A DNA stretch of 64,000 nucleotides from a virus. Below, piece after piece: positions 55,786 to 64,000 of this stretch (position 1 is the stretch's first letter; every line of letters starts with the position of its first letter). Position numbers and translations under genes: made by a program. The stretch is taken from IMG/VR virus record IMGVR_UViG_3300027901_000001; one strand, given 5' to 3'. The notes under the pieces are model-generated. The model was not told the DNA's origin. It saw only the letters and a program-made list of their open reading frames with translations, and made no database searches.

Positions 55786-56748
55786 CTATGATTTCCCCTT
55801 CATCATGTTGTCGACGTACCACTGGGTGTAGTAGTCCGGCACCAGCTTCAGCCCGGTCTGGTCGATGACGTGATCCCGGCTCACCTGGTCAGGCATCTCG
55901 CGCTCCACCCACCACTTCAGATCGTCCTTCTTGTGGAAGGTCCACTTGGTCTTGGAGCCGCCCTTGCGCGGGTCGCCGATGGACACCACCCATCCGGAGC
56001 CCGCCTTGGCAATAAACCACATATGGGGCGCGGGCTTCTTCTTGACGGTGGACAGCTTCCCCGTATCTCCCCTGGCCTCCGAGAGCACCCGGTAGGCCCA
56101 AGTCGCCCCGGACTTCTTGCGCTCGATCTTCCCGTCGTCCTCCAGCTCGTCCAGCCCCCAGTGGATGTACTTGTAGTCACCGCCGGGGACAGCCGCCGGA
56201 TATCGCTTCTTGACCGCATTCAGAATCGCATCCCGCTTCTTCCATTTACCGCCGGAAAGCGCGTCCCGGATGGCCTGGAGCAGGTTGGTCTTGCCAACGG
56301 GCACGTCCTTCAGGCTGGCCTCGAACAGGTCGTCCAGGTCTCTACACCCAGAAAGCATTACCTCCCAATCCAGGCTCTCCATCACACCTTTGAACCGGGC
56401 CATGACCTTCGGCGGAACGTCCTTTTCCTGAATGCGCTTCCACTCCACGCCCAGCGTCGGATGGTACACGCTGTCCTTCTTCGGCTTACTGGGCTTCCTC
56501 CCCACGTGCGCGTCCACGCGGTAGCCCGTGGCGTTGCCGTTCTTCAACGTTCCGGTGCGGTAAAAATAAGCCTCATCTCCCAAGCCCAACCCTATCTTGT
56601 AAAACTCTCCGGCCCCAGCCGTCGGATCCTTGCCCGCCTCCCGTCCTGCTCGTTGCAGCGCCGCGTATCCACCACCGTAGGTCGCCGCTGGGTAACGCCG
56701 CCGGGCTTCGGTGGTCACGGCCTCCTGGAGCTGCTTGGATAGTGACAT
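55786..56748 (-). CDS. Leader-family three-module protein, including a winged helix
   Basis: MSLSKQLQEAVTTEA; LFEAS and VLSEAR linkers; IHWGLDELEDDGKI. Confidence 0.75.
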   Translation of the reverse strand: MSLSKQLQEAVTTEARRRYPAATYGGGYAALQRAGREAGKDPTAGAGEFYKIGLGLGDEAYFYRTGTLKNGNATGYRVDAHVGRKPSKPKKDSVYHPTLGVEWKRIQEKDVPPKVMARFKGVMESLDWEVMLSGCRDLDDLFEASLKDVPVGKTNLLQAIRDALSGGKWKKRDAILNAVKKRYPAAVPGGDYKYIHWGLDELEDDGKIERKKSGATWAYRVLSEARGDTGKLSTVKKKPAPHMWFIAKAGSGWVVSIGDPRKGGSKTKWTFHKKDDLKWWVEREMPDQVSRDHVIDQTGLKLVPDYYTQWYVDNMMKGKS

Positions 56749-56758
56749 GGTTCGCCTC

Positions 56759-56983
56759 CTAGTCCGCGAAACCGGCCCGCTTCCACTTCTCGGCCAGCCC
56801 GGCCAACGCCTTCCAGCCGTGCTCGGCCGTCACCTTCTTCTGGTCTGCCTTCAGGTGCTCCGAGCCCTTGCCGGAAAACTCGGCTATCCACTTGTCGTCC
56901 GATATCCGGCGAAGGGTGATGTTGTAGCTCACGGCCTCTTCGAGCTGCGCAGCGGCCTCCTGGAGCTGTTCGGACAAACCCAT
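56759..56983 (-). CDS. Small leader-family protein
   Basis: MGLSEQLQEAAAQLEEAV. Confidence 0.75.
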   Translation of the reverse strand: MGLSEQLQEAAAQLEEAVSYNITLRRISDDKWIAEFSGKGSEHLKADQKKVTAEHGWKALAGLAEKWKRAGFAD

Positions 56984-57016
56984 GCTCCGAGCCTACCGCA
57001 CCGGCCCGCGCCGGGT

Positions 57017-58027
57017 CTACTTTTCCGGTGCGGCAGCCGGAACGGAGGGAACCGCCTTGAGCGTAAAAACGAGACCTATAAACTTCTCGTTCTTGCGCGC
57101 TCGGACCAGCCTATCCACCTCTACCTTCGCCGCCTCGAACATCTTGCTCACACCGACACGAATTCGATCCAGGCTCACCTCTTCCAGATTCATATCTGGA
57201 TATGCCGAAGGCGGAATAAGAATATGGCCGCCGTCGTACCTTCCGGCCACAATCTTCCCAATCAAATCCGGTGTGAAACGCGGTAATTCCTCCAAATCCA
57301 CCATCGGCACATCCGACTGCCTATCAAACGGCTTTTGGCTGACCTCCCCAGCCTCCGGGCTGTAGACGCCAACCGTTTCCTGGGGCTCCTGGACACTGGA
57401 ATCAGCCTGTTTGGACGGGCTCTCCTCTTCAACCTGAGCCTCGAAAATCTCCGCGCACTGAACACATGGTATGCAACTGTCAGGCAGCTCCTCACCGACG
57501 GAGAAAATCGCACCTTCCGCACCACATAACGAGGTTACGCCATCCCTGGTTTGGTGCACGGTGACGCCCGCGAACGCCTGCTCCACGGCCGCGTCGTTCT
57601 CCGCCGGGCCGGGCTTAGGATCGACCACATCATCAACGGTCACCTCCGTCGCCGTGTCCTGTTGGGCAGTCGACTGCCCCTTGCGCACCTTCAAAGCAAT
57701 CAAACGGCTTTTGAGCCGCTGTTCCTCTGCCAGGGCCTCCTCATCGGAAAGCTGCTCGACGGGCTTTACAACCGGATTCTCGGCCAGCCGCTGAGCTATT
57801 TGCTGCTCGGCCAGCATTTCGACCTGGCGCTGGGCGATGAACTCGTCCCGCGCCTGCTGGCACGCGGGCTTGTCGCAGTACCAGGCCATCTTGCCGCCGC
57901 CCGCATCAACGCCCTTCCAGCCCGCCTGGTCGCCCCGGCCGATCACCTTCAGGTGGCAGCCCTCGCACTCCCGAATCTCATCTGGAACCTTATGTCTCGG
58001 ATACAAGTCGTCCGGTACTATTGCCAT
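57017..58027 (-). CDS. Hypothetical protein with Cys motifs and acidic linker
   Basis: CEGC..YCDKPAC; CIPCVQC; start after a GAAGGAG RBS. Confidence 0.6.
   Translation of the reverse strand: MAIVPDDLYPRHKVPDEIRECEGCHLKVIGRGDQAGWKGVDAGGGKMAWYCDKPACQQARDEFIAQRQVEMLAEQQIAQRLAENPVVKPVEQLSDEEALAEEQRLKSRLIALKVRKGQSTAQQDTATEVTVDDVVDPKPGPAENDAAVEQAFAGVTVHQTRDGVTSLCGAEGAIFSVGEELPDSCIPCVQCAEIFEAQVEEESPSKQADSSVQEPQETVGVYSPEAGEVSQKPFDRQSDVPMVDLEELPRFTPDLIGKIVAGRYDGGHILIPPSAYPDMNLEEVSLDRIRVGVSKMFEAAKVEVDRLVRARKNEKFIGLVFTLKAVPSVPAAAPEK
57665..57678. repeat. 14-bp palindrome, copy 9
   Basis: Inside a CDS, read as GQSTA. Confidence 0.95.
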
Positions 58028-58239
58028 CTCCTTCTCCTTTCGCTCCTCCCTCAAAACGGCCCAGCGCTTGGTGCTGACCCGCCGGAATTCCACCCTTACT
58101 ATACTCCCGTCCTTGACCACTTCGGCTATCCAAATGTCACCGGTACCGATCGGCGGTAGCATTTTCTTGATGGCCCCGCCGCCATCGTACCGGCTCCGCA
58201 AAAATCCTCGCGCCCAGTTCCACTCAATGGACTCGCCCA

Positions 58240-59522
58240 CTAGAGCATCGTAGCAGCCGCGTAACCCCAGGCGTATCCAAGAATCATTCCGATCGCCAGC
58301 GCCAGCGCCACCACGGTGGCCCCGAACTGGAGAGCCTCGCCATCGTCGATGTCAGTATCGCGGTCGTAGATTTCATCCGCGCACTTCTCGCAGAGGATGT
58401 CCCCCTTCGGGTCCGTGCAGTAGCAGCAATCAGCCATGAAGCGCCTCTCTTCCTTCTCTGGTCAGGCTATACATCCACACCCCGTCCTTGGGCCTGGCCA
58501 AGACAAATCCCCTCCGACACAGCTTGTTCAGGTAGGAGCCGCCCTGCCGGATAATCCCCGCGCCGGTCGTAGATCCCTTGGGGCCACATTTGGAATGCCG
58601 CCTCCAGGAGGGACTATCAGGCCACATCTTATGAGCAAACCATCCAGCCATCATCGGGCCGTCGGCCCTCTCCAGAATCTCCAGCGCCCGGCGCTGGGCC
58701 GTGGTGAGCTTCACAGTCACCGCCCCCTCCTAGCGCTCACCCGGTGCGGTATCGGTACCGAAGTAATCGCAGTCTCCCGAATCTCGCGGTCAGGCGGCGG
58801 CTGCGGCTTCTGCGGCGGTGGCGGTCTTGGCCGCTCGTCTATCTGGTAGTCCTGGTTTACGCCGCCCTTTTTGACCTTACCCTCCCGCAACCTGCTCTTG
58901 ATGATCGTCTGCTCCAGTTGATGCTGACAACCGGTACACGTCACCTGGGCCTGATCTGTGGTCCCGTGCGCGGAAAGCGCGCCACATAACGGCCGCGTAT
59001 GCTTCCCCGCCGCGTCCATAAAGTGCATCGGCGAGCGCACGGCATGGGATTCCAGCCAGCGTACCAGCCCCTGCATCTTGGAATCGGCGACGTAGAACTC
59101 GTCCCAATTGTTGACCGTTATTGTCCCCATTCACCCGTCTCCAGTATGCGCTTCACCGCCCCCATCCAACATAAGTCCTTCTTCGGACGATACAAGAAGC
59201 ACTCCGGACATCCTCCCAAACCGTGCTCCAGGAGGTGTTGATAGCAGGCGTCCCGCAGCTCCTTGATCATCTCGACCATCAGGAAATAGACAATCTCTTT
59301 GTTCCCGGCGACCTGGCCATAAGCTCCAAGGTGTCGAAGCGCGTCGACCGTCATCCATAAATCCGACACTTCGACAAAATTGACAAAGTGCTCGTCCGCC
59401 TCCTCTTCTTCCGCTAGGAATTTGGTGTAGCTGCTGATGACATCAATCACCTGCTTGCGACGCTTCAGCGGCAAAAAGGCCCATCGAGAGCACGGGTCAT
59501 TGGCTTTGAATCGGGCGGTCAT
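58240..59522 (-). other. Four hypothetical ORFs (58240-58437, 58430-58720 wHTH-like, 58717-59130, 59118-59522)
   Basis: Coupled ORFs. Confidence 0.55.
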
Positions 59523-59976
59523 ATCGATCCTTCAGCTCCTGCAACAGACGCTCGACCTCTTTCCGGGTTTCGGCGTGCAGATGCATCTTGTCCTTGTTCT
59601 TCTCGTACCAACCCCACACGTCAATCTTCCCGGTGATGGCCCGACCCGCGCCTACCCAGTCAGCCACCATCTCCAGCATCTCATCATGCGGCATCTCCAG
59701 GGCGTCTACGGTGCCGTTGTCACGTCTTAGGAGCCAAAATTGCCAATGGTGCGGATTGCGATGTTGATGGAAAAGCCACGCCCGGTCGAACGCTTTTTTC
59801 ACCTCCTCCGTCGCCTTTGGACCGAAAAAGTTGTCCCGGTAAGGTGCCCATTCGTCTTTCTTGAACTTGCTGTTGTCGTGCACCAGGCCGCGCCGGATGA
59901 TGCCCAGCCGAACGCACTGAACGAACACGAACCACTTGTGCCGAAGCACGTACCAGAGGTATCGCAGGTTCCTCAT
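59497..59976 (-). CDS. DUF5662-like HD-type protein
   Basis: RHKWFV..LVHDNSKF..HQHRNPHHWQ..EMVADW. Confidence 0.75.
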   Translation of the reverse strand: MRNLRYLWYVLRHKWFVFVQCVRLGIIRRGLVHDNSKFKKDEWAPYRDNFFGPKATEEVKKAFDRAWLFHQHRNPHHWQFWLLRRDNGTVDALEMPHDEMLEMVADWVGAGRAITGKIDVWGWYEKNKDKMHLHAETRKEVERLLQELKDRYDRPIQSQ

Positions 59977-60890
59977 TTCACCATCTCCGCGTACCAATCC
60001 GTCCGAACCTCGATCCGGAATTCTCCTTTCCCCTTCGTCCCTTTAACCTCCACCACGTCGCCGTCCTCCAGGCCCCACTCCTCAGCAAAACACGAAGCCG
60101 CGTCCACCGGATCGAGAGCCTCCGTGACCCTCCACCGCTTGGTGCCCTTCTTCCGGCAAGAGTAGGTCTTGATCTCAGCCACGGGACTTCTCCTCCCGAC
60201 GCGCCACGATCATCGTGTCCGGCAGCTTGATCTTCAGCGCCTTCAAACGCTTCCGCAAATCTTCTCTCGGTCCCGCCGCCGCCCAGCCGTAGGTTTCCTG
60301 CACCCACTGTTCGGCCTCCGCGATGAGCTGCAACCGCGTCGCCGTCTCCACCTGGAGGTCACGCGCTCCGCGCCTCCCTTCGACCTCTGCCAGCCTGAGC
60401 GTTGTCTTCGCCAGCATCTCGTCCAGCCACGCCGCGCACTGCGGACAGTGGCACGGATGGCCCTTCTTCCACGTATCGGTGCCGCACAGATTCCCTGTTA
60501 CCTCGCACCACCTGTACCCGTTTTCGCTCACGACTTTTCTTCCTTGGCCACTACCCCGATGTCCTCCAGTTTCTTCAGCAGCTTTTCCATCTTACCGATC
60601 GCGCACGTCTCCTTGTGCGCGGTGCCCTTGCAGAGGTCGCACTTCCGCACCCCGGCAATCTCGTAGGACGCCTGGGCCACGATATCGCGGACGACCTTGA
60701 CGACCATCGCCGACGCCTGCTTCCCCAGCTCCTCCTCCGACATCTTGGGAAAGTAATAGGTCCACGTATGGCCGTCCATGCACACCATGTCGTAGTAGAC
60801 CCCATGCCAGCCCCAGATGATTCTGGATTGCTCGACGCTACAGAACGGACACGGCCCGAACTGGTCAGTAGGGGCGTTCTGGCCGGTCAT
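59973..60890 (-). other. Three small ORFs (59973-60182, 60175-60531, 60528-60890)
   Basis: Coupled ORFs with Cys motifs. Confidence 0.55.
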
Positions 60891-60909
60891 AACGACTCCT
60901 TATCTGGTC

Positions 60910-60938
60910 AAAGTAATACGGTCAGAAGGCTTTGTCAA
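60910..60938 (-). promoter_or_regulatory. sigma70-type promoter TTGACA-N17-TACTTT
   Basis: Spacer CTGACCGTAT is shared with the promoter at 7955-7983. Confidence 0.7.
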
Positions 60939-61344
60939 TCCGGGGCCGCCGGGCTCTCTGCACCCGGTTTAGTCGATCAATTTCGGCCGCAATAAGAGCC
61001 CCGGCCTTCACCAGCAGGTCCAGGCGTTCCTCGTAGGTGTAGGTCGCCGGATCCGCCGGGTCACCGATCGGAACACCGGCTGGATGCGGATCCTCACGGT
61101 CCTCTCCGTAGAACCTTCGTTTGTCCCACTTCATTTCCCAGCTCTCCGGCCACGGGTCCTCAAAGGTAACCGTTGTCCCGCAAGCGATCTTGAAAAGCCT
61201 GACCGGCGTGGCGTAGCAGACGGCCGCCAGCGCCAACGAGCCGTCCGTGTGCTCGTCATCGTGTTCGGCGTCCCAGCCTTCCCCTTCAATCTGCCTTTTC
61301 CGCTCTCTTGCGATCAGCTCTGCCCCTGTCATCGCCGCCTCCAT
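60922..61344 (-). CDS. Conserved phage protein
   Basis: IARERKRQIEGEGWDAEHDD..LVKAGALIAAEIDRL. Confidence 0.75.
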   Translation of the reverse strand: MEAAMTGAELIARERKRQIEGEGWDAEHDDEHTDGSLALAAVCYATPVRLFKIACGTTVTFEDPWPESWEMKWDKRRFYGEDREDPHPAGVPIGDPADPATYTYEERLDLLVKAGALIAAEIDRLNRVQRARRPRIDKAF

Positions 61345-61506
61345 TCTCCTTCACTAGATTCTTCATAGAGGGCAGTATTTCAGCCCATTCCGCAAGTGCT
61401 GTCGCCGCTTTTCGCGCTGAAACACCCAAACGCGCAAACGCCCGCATTCCCCGGTTCACCTGCACCTTGAATTTGAACCTCCGGAACCGCCTGTCCCAGT
61501 CGTCCA

Positions 61507-62797
61507 TCAATCGCCCTTCTTCTTCAGCTCTCGGATCAGCCCACGCATGATCCTGATGGCATCTTGCAAAACAGTCGGAGGCACGGGCACGGTGGCCGTC
61601 TTGCGGCTCGCCCACTTCGTGCCCGTCAACCACCGAAGGAAATCCTCCGCCTGCTTTATCCAGTTGGGGTCCTCATCCTCCCAGGACTCCAGCTTCACAC
61701 GCCGGTCCAGGTCCGCCAGGTCCACGGTCACCGCACCCTCCGGATACAACGCAAACTCGTACAGCTCCTTGCCATCCGATATCAGCAAGAACGTGGCGCG
61801 CTTGCCGTCCACCAGGACACGCTCACCGAGCTGGAGCGCCTTCGCCACTTTCGAGGCCCTGTATGTCTGCGCCCACCCCATCAGCGGTTCATCGCAGCGA
61901 TGCCACGCACGATGTCGGACAGCTTGTACGGCCTGGTCAGCCGCAGCTCGCCCGGATTGCACACGCGCTCCAACTCCTCCACCCTGGCGCGCACGATGTC
62001 CAGGGCCTCCGCATCATTGCGACCCTCGCCCTTCACGGCCAGGTCGCCCTTGGTGAGCAGCCAGAAGGTGAAGCCCTGGTCGTCCAGCCGATAGTCGCTG
62101 TGCACGGCCACGGTCCAGCCCATGAACCGCAGATCGCTCGGATCGCCGCGCTGGGCCACGTCGATTTCAACGCGGTCCTTGTCCATCTGCGCACACATGG
62201 CGTTGGCAAACCAGCCGACCATCAGGTCCGGGTCGATCTGCTCCAGCGTCCAGCGGTTCTTCTTTTTGAGCCGCTCGAATTCCGCTGCCCAGACCGTAGC
62301 GTCGGTCGTTTCGAGCAGGTTCACGTCGTCTCCCGTGGCCGGTTCCGGCTCCGCGACCTCGCGCACCGCCACCTCCGGCTGGCACGGCGAGATATCGTTT
62401 TCGACCTCGATACCGGAGTGCCGGATGGCACGCTCCAGATCGGCAAATCCGACATCGCCGGTATCCTTATGGTGCAGGTGCTCCCACACCCTGATTACCT
62501 CTGACAGCTTCAGCTTCGTCATGGCCCCTCCTTCTGCGCCGCCGGTACATCGTGCTTGCCGCACACCCGGCAGATGTTGGTCTTGTCGCGGCCCATAATG
62601 TCTCTGAAATAGGTCTCCGGATGGTCGCACACCGCCTGAATCGCCTCCGTTAGCTTCTTGTTGTAGGCCAGCTTCAGGTCCAGCAGCCGCCGCTCCTCTC
62701 GCAAGGCCCGCATCTGGGCCTCAATCTCCTCCCTGGTGGTCGGCATCTCGGGCATCATCCACCCCCGGCCTGGTTCTTGTAGGGAAACGCCGGACAC
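61507..62797 (-). other. Hypothetical ORFs (61507-61881, 61881-62522, 62519-62797)
   Basis: Coupled ORFs; 61881-62522 appears to be a fusion of several modules. Confidence 0.55.
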
Positions 62798-63696
62798 TCG
62801 TACTGCCCCTTTTCGGCAGTCCGAAGACGGCAGTCGTCTGCCGCCTCCAACGCCTGTTGGAGTCTGTTTTCGAGCTTTCCGTGGGCTACCGCTACTCTAT
62901 CGAAAGCCGTGTTTACCGTGAACAACTCGGCCCGCGCCTGCTCCAGCTCGATTTCGAGCCGCTCGACCTTCCTGTCCTTGGACCGTAGCTCGACCGCCTC
63001 GTCAAAGCTCCAGTCGGCGATCAGCTCGCGCAGTTCCTCCAGTTCCTCATGGGTGGTAGTGAGCTGGTCGCCTTCGACCCTTACGTGCTCGTGCCACCAG
63101 GCCCGGATGGCCTCCCGCTTGTCAAACTCGGCATGGTAGGCCCGCTCCATCTTGTCGCGTTCCTGCGTCACCGCATCCATCGTCTGCTGCGAATAACCGG
63201 TCCCAGCATCGTCCAGTTTCTTCAATCGCGCTAGAGCCTCTTCTCGTTCCAGCTCCGCCTGCCGCGCCAGGTCGTTCTGCTGGGCCAGCACCTTGGCGTT
63301 GGCGGCGAGATCCGCCCGCGCCTTTTCAAGATCACGCCTGGGCTTACAGTGAAGATGCCCATCATTATCGCAAATCGCATCCTTACAACGAGCGCACATC
63401 TCCGTATTGAAGGCCCGCGCTTCCTTGAACAGGCGCAGTATCCGCTCCAGCTCCCTTTCCAGAGGGTAGGGGGCGCTATCATCGTCCGGCCGCCGCCTAA
63501 AGCTCAACACCGACAGCGCCTTGTCGAGCTGCTCCGGCAGGCTCATCCAGACGCCCAGCGTCGCCATCATCCGGTAGACGGTGTTCTGCGGCAGCGGCCC
63601 TTGCAGCTCCGCCTTCAGCAGGTCCTCGACCTCCTCCGGGGTCATCGGCCCTCGCGGATCACCTATCATCACCACCTTCTTTCCCACCCAAAACAA
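62755..63696 (-). CDS. Long coiled-coil protein
   Basis: Extended heptads; CARC..C..C motif. Confidence 0.6.
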   Translation of the reverse strand: MFWVGKKVVMIGDPRGPMTPEEVEDLLKAELQGPLPQNTVYRMMATLGVWMSLPEQLDKALSVLSFRRRPDDDSAPYPLERELERILRLFKEARAFNTEMCARCKDAICDNDGHLHCKPRRDLEKARADLAANAKVLAQQNDLARQAELEREEALARLKKLDDAGTGYSQQTMDAVTQERDKMERAYHAEFDKREAIRAWWHEHVRVEGDQLTTTHEELEELRELIADWSFDEAVELRSKDRKVERLEIELEQARAELFTVNTAFDRVAVAHGKLENRLQQALEAADDCRLRTAEKGQYECPAFPYKNQAGGG

Positions 63697-64000
63697 TCAA
63701 TATATTTTCGATCGCTTTCTCTATTTGACCATCTTTCAAAAAGCCCCTCGCTTCATCGACAAGCCTATTCCGCGCTTGCCTACGCTCTTCCCTTTTAGTT
63801 ATGTTTTTATGCTTTTCCTCCCTCCTTTCTCTATGTATCCGACGCTGCTTTTGCCTTATCACTCCCTTCAACAATTTACGTTTTTCGACCATAAAACCGA
63901 GAGCCATACTAGCTCTCCGTCTTAGATCCCCGTCCAAATTTATATTCTGAGCAGTCGCCTGCGTAATCGCAATAGCACTCCCAATCTCGTTACCAACAGC

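Noticed and set aside
1137-57678. 14-bp palindrome as integron attC, REP element or terminator
   Set aside because: It is too short, has no loop or U-tract, lacks GTTRRRY ends, and several copies lie inside intact CDSs. No integrase is visible.
1-64000. CRISPR array, tRNA or rRNA genes
   Set aside because: No regularly spaced 25-45 bp direct repeats seen. GTTCGA-like strings (for example near 2742, 8433, 17613) lie in coding frames without cloverleaf context. A tRNAscan or Infernal run is still advisable.

Overview
A gene-dense, high-GC, mostly minus-strand segment with no bacterial housekeeping operons and no tRNA, rRNA or CRISPR array that I could see. It reads as the non-structural, accessory part of a large dsDNA phage (or phage-like element). 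A myxobacterial host is likely, inferred mainly from a Gly-rich/Cys-rich lipoprotein. Recognisable genes: an HUH Rep-like endonuclease, two HNH endonucleases, peptide deformylase, a matrixin-type protease, two GHKL-ATPase/HExxH proteins, a minimal PolX plus minimal ATP-dependent ligase pair, SprT and zincin proteases, DUF5131, an RRM protein, RuvC, HAD and metallophosphoesterase enzymes, an ATP-grasp protein, DUF1643, a 4x CCHC knuckle protein, a J-domain fusion, DUF2958 and DUF5662. Three higher-order patterns stand out. (1) Ten otherwise unrelated proteins share the N-terminal leader M-x-[LIFV]-S-x-Q-L-x-x-A-[LV]-x-E, and several have internal L-x-E-[AGS] linkers. This resembles a capsid-targeting, protease-cleaved virion cargo system. 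(2) A perfect 14-bp palindrome, GGCAGTCGACTGCC, occurs nine times at roughly 2-15 kb spacing, often at gene junctions. (3) There are two consensus-type parS sites and a ParB-HTH-like/J-domain fusion protein. All calls were made by eye from motifs; no searches were run.
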